Source of the DNA: a virus
Virus record (IMG/VR): IMGVR_UViG_3300032304_000700
Coordinates: 25,400 to 89,399 of that record
Direction: 5' to 3' (one strand)
Length of the DNA stretch: 64,000 bases
Part shown: one piece after another, positions 7,764-17,460 of the stretch
Numbering within the stretch: the stretch's first letter is position 1
Layout: each line of letters begins with the position of its first letter
The notes under the pieces: generated by a model
Seen by the model: the letters and a program-made list of their open reading frames with translations, nothing else
The model's database searches: none
What the model was told of the DNA's origin: nothing
Position numbers and translations under genes: made by a program

Positions 7764-9374
7764 TTACTTTAGCAACCAAGTTAGGTTTTCTTTCTCACCT
7801 TTGCCTAAATCCATTTCATATGGATTTCCTTGTTGTTGCCAATTAGATGTATAAACTCCTGAATTAGTGTTTATAGTTGTAGCGTTTAACATATTCTTTG
7901 TCAAATCAATTCCCTCTTGTTTTAATCTCAATGCAGTATTACGAACCCAAAGTCCAATACCTAAGGCCATAATAAGGTCATCATTATATCCTTTCATTGC
8001 TTCCGCTCTACCACTATGCCAAATGAATGTAAACATCTCATCTATCAATCTACTTGAACGAATTAAAATATCTTTATCATTCATATATGTGTCTAATGCC
8101 GATATGATAAGTGGACGAGTTTTACTGGTTGTCGAAAATCCTGCAACCATTTGTCTTTCGTCTCTATAATATTTGTTTGACATTTGTCTTTCGGTATCAA
8201 TATATTGTAAATCATTACTCATATAGAATAAATTTGGATACCCTCTATTGATAATTTGTTGAATACATGCCCATCCTACATTTGAGTTCTCCACTACTAA
8301 GAGTGCATTATTATATTCAGTTGCAAGTGATGTTAGAAAGTTACCAAAATCTTTTGTGTCAATTTTACCTCTATATTCTGCAACTTGTGAGCTATCTTCA
8401 ATGTCTATAACCTGTGCAGTAGAATAGTCAGCTCCGTCACCACGTGCAACGTCCGCACACACCATATATGCTCTATTGTAGTTTGGATGCTCCCACACCC
8501 ATAGATTACTATCAAATCCTCTTTTTTCAACCGGGTCCATAACATATGTATCTTTATACCATGTCAATAATGCGGGTTCAAATACTGTATCACCCGAACC
8601 TACGAAGTCACAATCACATTCTTGTGCTGCACCTTTAACTCCTAAGATACGAGTTTGTTCATCTCTCCATGCCTGATTTCTTTCTGGATGAACTGTCCAA
8701 TGTAGATTGATATTATTAAATCCATTTTGGCCACTTTCACCATCTACCCACATTTTATGGAACCAGTTACCGATACCATTTGGAGTAGATAATACGATTG
8801 CGGAACCACCTGTTGATAAGGTTGATTGTGCTGATAACCAAATTTCATCGATATCTCTAATGAATGCTGCCTCATCCACAACTAATAGGGATAGGGCTTC
8901 AGAACGACCTGCGTCCGGAGAACTTGCGATTGCTTTTACTTGTGAACCATTTTTTAATTTAAGGGAAAGTTTGTTATCTTCTACCGAACTACTGCCACCA
9001 TCTCTTAACCAAATAGGAAGTAAGTCGTGCATAACTCTTACCTTCTCTACCAGATTCTTTGCCACAGTCACTTTCGTTGCAATTACCAATGCATTAAAGT
9101 CTTGGTTGAATAACATCTTCCATAAAATAAATCCTGCAGATAAGGTTGATAGACCCAACTGACGAGATTTAAGAATAATGTTAAAACGATTGTCTTTGAA
9201 GTCCGTTAAACAATCTTCCTGGAATGGATAAAGGTGAAAGGGTATTTTTCCTCTCACCGGATGCTGAATGACACAATACTTCTTCATAAAGTAAATTGGG
9301 TCTAACGCACACTTGCGATATTCTTCAGCAATTATCTCTTTTAAGGTTTTCTTAGGTTGCCCCTGAACTCCCAT
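7764..9374 (-). CDS. terL: Terminase large subunit (T4 gp17-like)
   Basis: LYPFQ adenine motif, KSRQLGLST Walker A, LLVVDEAAF Walker B, STPNG, nuclease ADVARG.G.DYS, VVENSN, NDDLIMA. Confidence 0.95.
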   Translation of the reverse strand: MGVQGQPKKTLKEIIAEEYRKCALDPIYFMKKYCVIQHPVRGKIPFHLYPFQEDCLTDFKDNRFNIILKSRQLGLSTLSAGFILWKMLFNQDFNALVIATKVTVAKNLVEKVRVMHDLLPIWLRDGGSSSVEDNKLSLKLKNGSQVKAIASSPDAGRSEALSLLVVDEAAFIRDIDEIWLSAQSTLSTGGSAIVLSTPNGIGNWFHKMWVDGESGQNGFNNINLHWTVHPERNQAWRDEQTRILGVKGAAQECDCDFVGSGDTVFEPALLTWYKDTYVMDPVEKRGFDSNLWVWEHPNYNRAYMVCADVARGDGADYSTAQVIDIEDSSQVAEYRGKIDTKDFGNFLTSLATEYNNALLVVENSNVGWACIQQIINRGYPNLFYMSNDLQYIDTERQMSNKYYRDERQMVAGFSTTSKTRPLIISALDTYMNDKDILIRSSRLIDEMFTFIWHSGRAEAMKGYNDDLIMALGIGLWVRNTALRLKQEGIDLTKNMLNATTINTNSGVYTSNWQQQGNPYEMDLGKGEKENLTWLLK

Positions 9375-10021
9375 TATTTTTTGAATTTAATCTTCCAATA
9401 AACACCACCACCAATATATGGGGATAATGTTCCGTTAGTTCCATCAGTTACTCTATTAGCAACACCAACACCAACTTGATAAATTTTGTCTTTTTTGGTT
9501 TTTACTAATAATCCTGCACCGACATTTGAAACCACATCTTCTTTATTGAATCCACCGGTAAAACCATAATATACTTGTGTCTTTGGTAATTCTTTAACAA
9601 TCATAGTTTCTTTAATTGTTCTTTCTTTAACTTTTGCATCAAAGGTTCTACCCCATATTTTATTTTGTGAGATTGTATCGATTACTGAAACTGTTCCTAA
9701 TGAATCAGGTAATACTAAAACATCCTTATATAATACTTTTGAATAGTAATCTTTTAATAAAGCCTGTGTATCTACTACTGCAGGAATTACAACTTCTTTT
9801 TCAACGATTGTTTCGTGATAGATATCTTCACCTTTCTTAGTTACTACTTTAGTTTTAACTACTTCAAATGTATCGATATCATGTTTAATCACTTCATATT
9901 TTTTACCATCAATTCTAACGGTTCTTCCTGGCATCTTTCCACCTGGATTAAAATATTCCAATAATACAATTACAACCAATACCACGATTGCGATGTTTTT
10001 TAAATTTAAGAATTTTTTCAT
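9374..10021 (-). CDS. Membrane-anchored protein with C-terminal amphipathic beta strands (possible lysis accessory)
   Basis: N-terminal hydrophobic IAIVVLVVIVLL; C-terminal VYYGFTGGF, VGAGLLV, IYQVGVGV, YIGGGVYWKI. Confidence 0.5.
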   Translation of the reverse strand: MKKFLNLKNIAIVVLVVIVLLEYFNPGGKMPGRTVRIDGKKYEVIKHDIDTFEVVKTKVVTKKGEDIYHETIVEKEVVIPAVVDTQALLKDYYSKVLYKDVLVLPDSLGTVSVIDTISQNKIWGRTFDAKVKERTIKETMIVKELPKTQVYYGFTGGFNKEDVVSNVGAGLLVKTKKDKIYQVGVGVANRVTDGTNGTLSPYIGGGVYWKIKFKK

Positions 10022-10026
10022 AATTT

Positions 10027-10695
10027 TTATTTTTTAATTAATTCTGGATGATTTAACTCAACCAATTTTTCTTCCAATAACCTTTTTCTTTCTATTAATA
10101 ATTCAATGGCCTCATATGCTCCATCGATGTCTTTTTTCAAATCTGTTTTTACTTTTTCAATATCTACATCCCATGTCCAAGTTTCAGTTCTACCATCTTC
10201 GGTGATAATTTCCATTTGTTTTCTAATACCACTCAAAGCTTCTTCATATCTATCCTTTAATTCTCTAACATAAGCAAGTTTGTTTCTTGTTATCTTATAA
10301 TCTTCATAGAAAGGATATGTTCCATCTTCTTTTAAACCTTGTTCAAACTTTGCAAGACAAACAATACACATTCCTGTTTTACGAATTAGTTTTTTGTCTG
10401 CATTACTATATGATTCTGTTTTACAATCTTCATTTGAACATGTACTCAACTTTTGTAAAAATTGTCTTACATCGTCCATTTGAGTAACTGCAACTTTGAA
10501 TCCTTCTTTTTGTTCCCACTCTTTTCCTTCTTTGTCAGTCCATCTTTCTCCAACCTCTCTCTTTTCTTCAGCTTCACCTTCATAACCAAAATGAGTTTGA
10601 TTATTATCTGTTCTTCCAAAAACCGTGTCAATAATGAGTTTACGAGATTTGTGCATCCCCTTTGATTTCTCATCAAAACTTTTTCTTTTTGCCAT
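10027..10695 (-). CDS. Hypothetical protein with putative Zn-binding Cys cluster
   Basis: CSNEDC...MCIVC; REVGERWTD.EG.EWEQKEG motif. Confidence 0.6.
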   Translation of the reverse strand: MAKRKSFDEKSKGMHKSRKLIIDTVFGRTDNNQTHFGYEGEAEEKREVGERWTDKEGKEWEQKEGFKVAVTQMDDVRQFLQKLSTCSNEDCKTESYSNADKKLIRKTGMCIVCLAKFEQGLKEDGTYPFYEDYKITRNKLAYVRELKDRYEEALSGIRKQMEIITEDGRTETWTWDVDIEKVKTDLKKDIDGAYEAIELLIERKRLLEEKLVELNHPELIKK

Positions 10696-10763
10696 ATTTC
10701 TATACTTTTATAACTGTTTCTTTATAGTATATATATCAAAATTATTCCTGAAAAATATACACA

Positions 10764-13016
10764 CTATCCTTTCATTGCCTGTTTTACTAATGTCACTGCT
10801 TGTTTTTTAACACGCATTGTATCATCATATTTCAATGCGGATTTAACTAAAATTGTATTTCCTGTGTCTGGATTTTTAATCTTAGTTTGTAATACTTTAT
10901 CAACCCTCTTTTTAGTCTTAGGGTCTAATGATTTTAATTTTGATTTTAAATCTCCTTTTTTAGTAGTTTCTTTTGATTTTTTAGCAGCTTCTGCTTTTTT
11001 GGTTGTAACTACTATATTTGCAAATACATCTTTATCAAATTTAGGATAAACTTGATTGAATATATCTTTCTTTTCTTTTGTAGTTAATAAATCGTTTCCA
11101 AAAGTAGCTCTTAATTGTGTTCCACTAATATTTTTACCATTTACTTTTAATTGCATTTCAGGTGCAATTATATAATATCCTTCATCTTCATATCCTTTCT
11201 TTTTATTGTCAGGTACTTTATCATAATTTTTAAAATATTTACCACCTTGTTCTAATCTTTCTGCATCTTTTTCGGATACTGCAGTTACATATTTTGTATC
11301 CTCCGGGTATTTACTTAATATTTCAACTGGTGAATATGGATTTTTAACCTGAATGATTTTGTTTGTTGGAATACCAAACATCTTATTCATTATTGCCTTT
11401 TTATCTTTAAATGGAAAAGGAGATTTAACGGGGTCTATCGTATTTGATGATGATATATAAACATTATCTTTACCAAATTTATCAACTAATGATTTATAGA
11501 TACTATAATGTCCTGCGTGAAATGGTTGGAATCTACCTGAAAAAATTGCAATTTCGTTTTTCTCCGTCTTATCTTCTTTTTTTGCAGGTTTGTCAAATTT
11601 GAAAGTTCCTTGTATTTGATTTATAGGTGCAAATGTTCCTGTGTATTTATATGGGTTTCCATTATACATAAAAACCACACCTTCCGATGGCACCAAATTA
11701 TCCAACCCAATACTATCTAATCTTTCTAACTCCTTTTGAAGTTTTGCAATTTTATCTGGGTCTTTACTATCTCTAATAGATTTTATTGCAGTAAGTGTAT
11801 CTCTTTTTAATTCTTTTGCTGCAGTCGGACTATTTGTTGATAAAAAATTACTAACTCTTTTTAATGTTTGTGCACCTGCATTAAGAAATATATTCTCAAT
11901 AGGTTTAATCATTTCTTTTTGAGATTGTTGTAATTCGTTTGTTTCAAAGTTTCTGAACCAATCCGATTTAGTACTATCATTAAAAGATTTTACACCAAAA
12001 GTTTTATCACCATTTGCCCATCTATTTACTAAACCTTGTTTTTCTTTAGGAGAAAGATTAAGGTTTAATTCTTTGTTTTCACTATCTATTTTTTTCTGCC
12101 ACCACTTATTACGATAATCTTCCAATTTAGATTTACTATTCAATCCATATTCCTTTGCAATATCATTTAAATTAGAATTATACTCTTTTGCAAGTTTTGC
12201 ATATTTCAAACTTTCTGCATCACTAAATGCAATTACTTTTGGGCCTTCAATTCCAAATGTTTTTTGTTTATCAGCACCTACTTTTTGAACCGCTTGTGCA
12301 AATTCTTCACCATCCGTTGATGAACGATTTATTTGTTCACCTTCTTTGTTATACTCAATAGTACCATGCATTACCAATACACTCTTACCATACGGAATTA
12401 CATTTTGAGTATCTGGTAATATGATTTCCAAACTCATAAATTTGGAACCATTTTTAAACATATTTTTAGTTTGTTCCGGTGTTAATTTTGAAATTGCACT
12501 TTGTAAATCTTCTGCAGCTCCAACGAATGCCTTTTCAATTCCACCTCTTCCTGCAAATTGTTGTGTTATACCTTTTACATCCAATGCATTTTTACCACTA
12601 TCTCTAACATGTCCTTTATTTCTACCAAATATAATTTTACCATCTTTGAAACTGAATGCTATGTTTTGCCCGTCTAATTTTTCAGTAACAGGTGCTTCCT
12701 TATCCAATCCACCTACTAACCCCCTCTTTATCATTTCCTTCATATCATTGAATGTCAAATCACCATCTTCAAACGGATGTGCCAAATGACCTGCTGCACC
12801 ACCTTCCAAAAGTAATGCTTCATTTAATGTTAGGTCAAAATATTCATCTATAAAATTATTTACATCATCCGTTATTTCATCCACAATATTGTAGACATAT
12901 TCGGAATCCGTATCTGATTTTTTACGAATTTCTTTGTTTTTCTTTTCTATTTTATCAACTTGTGATTTAGATGGATATCCTGCTGGCAATCCCATCATAG
13001 TATTTTCTGAATTCAT
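10764..13016 (-). CDS. Fusion of ligase-like nucleotidyltransferase (KxDG) and HIGH-type cytidylyltransferase-like domain
   Basis: EGGAAGHLAHPF, TEKLDGQN (motif I), SEGVVF and YKYTG (IV/V-like); then FSGRFQPFHAGH and ISGTQLR. Confidence 0.7.
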   Translation of the reverse strand: MNSENTMMGLPAGYPSKSQVDKIEKKNKEIRKKSDTDSEYVYNIVDEITDDVNNFIDEYFDLTLNEALLLEGGAAGHLAHPFEDGDLTFNDMKEMIKRGLVGGLDKEAPVTEKLDGQNIAFSFKDGKIIFGRNKGHVRDSGKNALDVKGITQQFAGRGGIEKAFVGAAEDLQSAISKLTPEQTKNMFKNGSKFMSLEIILPDTQNVIPYGKSVLVMHGTIEYNKEGEQINRSSTDGEEFAQAVQKVGADKQKTFGIEGPKVIAFSDAESLKYAKLAKEYNSNLNDIAKEYGLNSKSKLEDYRNKWWQKKIDSENKELNLNLSPKEKQGLVNRWANGDKTFGVKSFNDSTKSDWFRNFETNELQQSQKEMIKPIENIFLNAGAQTLKRVSNFLSTNSPTAAKELKRDTLTAIKSIRDSKDPDKIAKLQKELERLDSIGLDNLVPSEGVVFMYNGNPYKYTGTFAPINQIQGTFKFDKPAKKEDKTEKNEIAIFSGRFQPFHAGHYSIYKSLVDKFGKDNVYISSSNTIDPVKSPFPFKDKKAIMNKMFGIPTNKIIQVKNPYSPVEILSKYPEDTKYVTAVSEKDAERLEQGGKYFKNYDKVPDNKKKGYEDEGYYIIAPEMQLKVNGKNISGTQLRATFGNDLLTTKEKKDIFNQVYPKFDKDVFANIVVTTKKAEAAKKSKETTKKGDLKSKLKSLDPKTKKRVDKVLQTKIKNPDTGNTILVKSALKYDDTMRVKKQAVTLVKQAMKG

Positions 13017-13019
13017 ACT

Positions 13020-13028
13020 TATAAATAT
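13020..13028 (-). promoter_or_regulatory. Putative late promoter ATATTTATA
   Basis: Exact motif 3 nt upstream of ATG at 13016. Confidence 0.6.
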
Positions 13029-13037
13029 CGTAAAATA

Positions 13038-13163
13038 TTAGAAATTTTTATAGATAAATGGGTCTCTTTTTTTAAGTTCTTCTAATTTCTTTTTAAATCT
13101 TTGTTTTCTTTTTCTTTCTTCATATAATTTTACAAAAAAAGAAATAATTGGCCATTTTTTCAT
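13038..13163 (-). CDS. Small basic hypothetical protein (41 aa)
   Basis: Not in track; MKKWPIISFFVKLYEERKRKQRFKKKLEELKKRDPFIYKNF fills the gap, starting 4 nt after the upstream stop. Confidence 0.6.
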   Translation of the reverse strand: MKKWPIISFFVKLYEERKRKQRFKKKLEELKKRDPFIYKNF

Positions 13164-13167
13164 TTTA

Positions 13168-13728
13168 TTAATTTTTATAATATAATTCTGGATATTCTAC
13201 TAATATATATACTCCTTTGTTTTGTGTAGCATATTTGTATGATAATTCTATATCGGTTGGTGTTTTTAAATCCAATAATTCTATATTTTTACACATAGAT
13301 TTAAATTCTTCAAAATAATTACCTTTATGTTGATGTCCTGGGTCTAATGGTTTATCAGAACCCTTTCCCAATCTAATTATAATATGTGGTTTAAATCCTG
13401 TCATGGATTCGTATTTATCAATATGGTTTATTAATTGGTTTGTTGCACATATTATAAAATCCCAACGAGGATAAAATGTTACTACCAATTTATTAGTCAT
13501 TGATAGTCCCAAACTCATTCCCATTTGAGTTTCTTCCATAACAGGCAATTCAATCATTTTTTCTTTTGATACTTCTCCCAATGTTGTACTCATTGGATTT
13601 CCTGCATAAACTATTTGTTGGCCAATGAATATTGAATTATCCAAATTGGATATGTTTTTCATTGCGATAGTTAATGCATCTTTATATGGTGTATATTCTG
13701 GTTTATTCATAATTAAAAGGCTATCCAT
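13168..13728 (-). CDS. TPP-dependent dehydrogenase E1 beta / transketolase pyrimidine-binding subunit (truncated)
   Basis: ELPVMEETQMGMSLGL, DFIICATNQLIN, PGHQH; lacks the usual C-terminal domain; the real start is probably MNKPEY. Confidence 0.8.
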   Translation of the reverse strand: MDSLLIMNKPEYTPYKDALTIAMKNISNLDNSIFIGQQIVYAGNPMSTTLGEVSKEKMIELPVMEETQMGMSLGLSMTNKLVVTFYPRWDFIICATNQLINHIDKYESMTGFKPHIIIRLGKGSDKPLDPGHQHKGNYFEEFKSMCKNIELLDLKTPTDIELSYKYATQNKGVYILVEYPELYYKN

Positions 13729-14342
13729 TTCCCACTTCCGTAGTGTGGATATTTTGATTTGTAAGTATAATGAATAACATCCGATGGGATGTCTCTTTTT
13801 TTATTCCAAGTTGATTCGGTTGGAGTATATGTTGATACCCCATTATCTTCTACAACAAATATAATTGGTAAGTCAAAGTTTCTTGCATATTTGTGCACCT
13901 CATAGAATATACCACTTTCAAATGACATATCACCAATAAATACAAATACTTTCTCATCACTACCTTTTGATTTAATTCCCATTGCAACTCCTAAAGCAAT
14001 TGATAGAGTACCGCCTACGATTGCAGAAGCGTAGAATTTTTCGTTATGTTCACACATAGTGATTGATTTACCCTCTTTGATTAATTCGGTTGCATAGTCT
14101 GCAGATAATCCTTTTAAAACCCAATGGTAATGAGAACGCCATGTACTGAATACCCAATCGGTTTCTTTAATTCTTTTAAATATTTCTATCAATTGTTCTT
14201 CGTTTCCATTTGATAAATGTACTGGTCCTCTGATTTTACCACTTTCCCATATATCAACAATTTCTTGTTCAAACCTAATAAGTTTTTCTACTGTCCAATC
14301 GATATCTCTTACTATTGGATATTGTTCTAAATTTTTTAGCAT
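13713..14342 (-). CDS. TPP-dependent dehydrogenase E1 alpha subunit (compact)
   Basis: GPVHLSNGNEE, STWRSHYH, AIVGG, TPP motif IGDMSFESG...VVEDNG. Confidence 0.85.
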   Translation of the reverse strand: MLKNLEQYPIVRDIDWTVEKLIRFEQEIVDIWESGKIRGPVHLSNGNEEQLIEIFKRIKETDWVFSTWRSHYHWVLKGLSADYATELIKEGKSITMCEHNEKFYASAIVGGTLSIALGVAMGIKSKGSDEKVFVFIGDMSFESGIFYEVHKYARNFDLPIIFVVEDNGVSTYTPTESTWNKKRDIPSDVIHYTYKSKYPHYGSGKWIAF

Positions 14343-14884
14343 CTATCTCTTTTTTGTAATATTGGTGAATCCGTTGGCCATTCGATTTGAAATTCAGGGT
14401 CATTCCATTTTACAACACCTTGTGCGTTTTCTTCAACAAAATCACCTTCATAAAATAAATTATAATGAAATATACAATCGGTTAATGCATAATGTCCGTT
14501 TGCAAATCCTGGTGGAACTAATACTTGGTCTCTGGTTTTTTCAGTAAGTAAGTAAGAATTCCAATCACCATATGTAGGAGATTCTTTTCTAACATCCAAT
14601 ACTACTAAAAATATATCACCAACCAAAGCTTGAACCAATTTCCAAGTCTTATTATCCCAATGTAATCCTCGTAACACACCTTTGTATGATTTTGAAAATC
14701 TACCATGTACCTTCAAATCTCCGTGCATAAAATTATGAACAGGATGTTCCTCTGGATGATATGTTGTCCAAATTTCTCCTCTATATTCTCTATATACTGA
14801 TGGTGAAAATACTGGTACATCTTTACCAAATGGTTTTAAAAATGATACTTCTATATCATTCCATTTTTTGTCTTTGTAACTCAT
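14336..14884 (-). CDS. rmlC: dTDP-4-dehydrorhamnose 3,5-epimerase family (RmlC cupin)
   Basis: S.KGVLRGLH, KLVQ...G.IF.V.LDVR.ESPTYG, VPPGFANG, WNDP...IEWP. Confidence 0.9.
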   Translation of the reverse strand: MSYKDKKWNDIEVSFLKPFGKDVPVFSPSVYREYRGEIWTTYHPEEHPVHNFMHGDLKVHGRFSKSYKGVLRGLHWDNKTWKLVQALVGDIFLVVLDVRKESPTYGDWNSYLLTEKTRDQVLVPPGFANGHYALTDCIFHYNLFYEGDFVEENAQGVVKWNDPEFQIEWPTDSPILQKRDRC

Positions 14885-15708
14885 ATTAATTTATTTTTAT
14901 TATTTTTTTGAGGCCATCCTATAAATTCTGCAAGTTTTTTGGCATATTCTATGTGACCAAAATATCCAGGATGAGTATCAATATATTCCATCTTCCCCAA
15001 TGTCTCATCTTTTATTGTCATTTTATTTCGGAGACACCAACTGTATATATCATCTGATTTATTTTCTTTATTTGCAAATTTTATAATGTCCGATTTATTA
15101 AATAGTTCCGAAAAATATAATGAATTTCCATTCATTATAAAAATTTTAATATTATTTAATTTGCAAAAAGAATATAATCCAATAAATGCCTTTTCATCTT
15201 GACTAATATTATTCTCAAAACTATAATGGTTTTGATGCCAATTTTCAAATATATGCTTTGATGCACTATCCTCATTTCTATATGATAAATTAAAATAGTC
15301 TCTAGATGCACCGGCAAATGTGTGCACTGAATTATCAACTTTAGAATTTACAATAAAATATTCATTATGTTTTGCACTAAATACATCCGAACGAGACGAA
15401 TCTGGTTTTTCTAAAATTATAAAAAATTTATCTTTATTTTTCCAATTATTATAAATAAAATCATAAGTCATTCTTACAACCCTAGATGTGCTTCCTCCCG
15501 AATTGGCTTCGTTTATACATTTTATTCCTATAATTTCTTCTAATCTTTTTCCAAAATTAACTTCACTTGTAGATTTCCAATCTATACCATACAATTCTTT
15601 ATATATTGGAATTACACCAATTCCCCGAATTTCACTTGGCTCCAGGCCTCCACCTTCACTATGTGAACATCCATTTACATAAAAACAATTATACTTACTA
15701 AAATCCAT
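14881..15708 (-). CDS. SGNH/GDSL-like protein 1
   Basis: NGCSHSEG (block I), NEANSGGS (II), DTHPG (V). Confidence 0.65.
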   Translation of the reverse strand: MDFSKYNCFYVNGCSHSEGGGLEPSEIRGIGVIPIYKELYGIDWKSTSEVNFGKRLEEIIGIKCINEANSGGSTSRVVRMTYDFIYNNWKNKDKFFIILEKPDSSRSDVFSAKHNEYFIVNSKVDNSVHTFAGASRDYFNLSYRNEDSASKHIFENWHQNHYSFENNISQDEKAFIGLYSFCKLNNIKIFIMNGNSLYFSELFNKSDIIKFANKENKSDDIYSWCLRNKMTIKDETLGKMEYIDTHPGYFGHIEYAKKLAEFIGWPQKNNKNKLI

Positions 15709-15709
15709 A

Positions 15710-16681
15710 CTATCCTAAATTTGCATATCCTAATGGAAACCCATTTCTAAACTCTGCTCCCATTTTTGGAACAATCATTTGATATCCTTGAATTAGTTGT
15801 TTAATTCCCATATCCAAATCCCATTCAGGTTTCCATCCAGTATCTTCTATTTTTTTATTTGAAACTATGTAATTTCTTTTATCTGGGTCTTGATAATAAT
15901 CATCATATACTACTGCAAAATCTTTTACATATTTTTGTATTTTTTCCAATAGTTCTTGTTTATTTAAATTTGCAGAAGTCAATCCTACATTAAAAACTTC
16001 ACTATTGTATGTTTTATAATTTTTTAACATAAATAAAAATGCAGATGCAACATCTTCTACATGAATAAAATTTCTTTTAAACGATTTTTCAAATACTACA
16101 ATATATTTGTCTGTGATTGCTTTGTAAACAAAATCGTTTACCAATAAGTCCGTTCTCATACGAGGAGATACACCAAACACAGTTGCTAATCTAAAAATTA
16201 TAGAATCAGTTGATGTTCTTAAAAAATTTTCTGCTTCACATTTGGTTTGACCATAAACGGATATTGGAGTTAATGGGGATTCTTCATCACATTCCAACTG
16301 GCCAGTACCCAACCCATATCCACTATTTGTATTTGGATATAGAATCTTTTTTCCTTTTTTGTTGGTAAATTTAACTATATTTACAATTTGGTCAAAGTTA
16401 ATTTCTTTTGCTAATTGTGGGTCGGCGGCACATGCTGGAAATCCTACAATGGCTGCTAATGGAATTATTATATCATGTTCGTTACACAATCTTTCTAATT
16501 CGGTTACATTACGAACATCACCATAAATGAATTTAAATTTTGAATTTGATGTATATTGTAATAAGGATGTTTGATTGAATAACAATTTATCTAAAACGGT
16601 AACACTATATCCCGCATTTAACATAACTCCAGTAATTACTGAGCCCAAATACCCTGCACCTCCTGTGATAAGAATTTTCAT
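15710..16681 (-). CDS. NAD-dependent nucleotide-sugar epimerase/dehydratase (SDR)
   Basis: ITGGAGYLGS, PLAAIVG, YGQTK catalytic motif, RLATVFG.SPRMR.DLLVN. Confidence 0.9.
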   Translation of the reverse strand: MKILITGGAGYLGSVITGVMLNAGYSVTVLDKLLFNQTSLLQYTSNSKFKFIYGDVRNVTELERLCNEHDIIIPLAAIVGFPACAADPQLAKEINFDQIVNIVKFTNKKGKKILYPNTNSGYGLGTGQLECDEESPLTPISVYGQTKCEAENFLRTSTDSIIFRLATVFGVSPRMRTDLLVNDFVYKAITDKYIVVFEKSFKRNFIHVEDVASAFLFMLKNYKTYNSEVFNVGLTSANLNKQELLEKIQKYVKDFAVVYDDYYQDPDKRNYIVSNKKIEDTGWKPEWDLDMGIKQLIQGYQMIVPKMGAEFRNGFPLGYANLG

Positions 16682-17460
16682 AACTTATTTTTAATATAAG
16701 TATAAAATTGTTTTGAAAAATTCTCATGCCACATTTCACCGGGATGGTGATTATCCCTACCCTTTAAATCATTTTTATAACAATTCATTGGATTAAAAAA
16801 TGTATCGTAATTTATAGTATTTTTTAATTGTGGTTCCAATTCTTTAAAAACATCATAATAATATCCAGCAATTGTATGGAATATTTTAATGTTATGTAAT
16901 TTTGCAATAGTTTCTACAAATGTGTAAGCTTCCCAAAATGTCATTAAATCTTGATAATCATTTCTCAACTCTATAAATAATAAATCTTCACTTTCATTTT
17001 TCCAAACTAAATCATTATGGTTTGCAATTCTAAATCCTCCTACTTTTTTAAATGAACCATTTTCTCTTATATAATCTCTCCTACTAAATCCTGGCCACAT
17101 TATTAAAACCATATTTGGTATAAATTCGGTTGATATTATTTTATAAAGTGTTTTTGCAATAAATGATGTGGATACTCCATACATACCATAATTAAAAACT
17201 TTACCAAATTTATTACCAATTAGATTTGGCCAGATTTTATTATTATCAACACCGATGCCCATTGTCCAAGAACAACCCAATGTTATTACATTATACTCCG
17301 ATGTGTTATACAATGAATCCGAGCGATATCCATGTTCATTCATTTTATATTGAATTGTACCATCATCTATTGTATCACTTGCAAGAGTATTAAATGTTTT
17401 ATTTTTATATTGTTCAAAAACGAAAACATCATTTGATAATATTTTATTAACATCCATCAT
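16678..17460 (-). CDS. SGNH/GDSL-like protein 2
   Basis: YKMNEHGYRS, LGCSWTMGIG, NYGMYGVS, DNHHPG. Confidence 0.65.
   Translation of the reverse strand: MMDVNKILSNDVFVFEQYKNKTFNTLASDTIDDGTIQYKMNEHGYRSDSLYNTSEYNVITLGCSWTMGIGVDNNKIWPNLIGNKFGKVFNYGMYGVSTSFIAKTLYKIISTEFIPNMVLIMWPGFSRRDYIRENGSFKKVGGFRIANHNDLVWKNESEDLLFIELRNDYQDLMTFWEAYTFVETIAKLHNIKIFHTIAGYYYDVFKELEPQLKNTINYDTFFNPMNCYKNDLKGRDNHHPGEMWHENFSKQFYTYIKNKL

Noticed and set aside
13168-14342. Pyruvate dehydrogenase as a central-metabolism auxiliary gene
   Set aside because: Truncated subunits, no E2/E3 in the window, and overlap with sugar-nucleotide genes favour a sugar-branching role.
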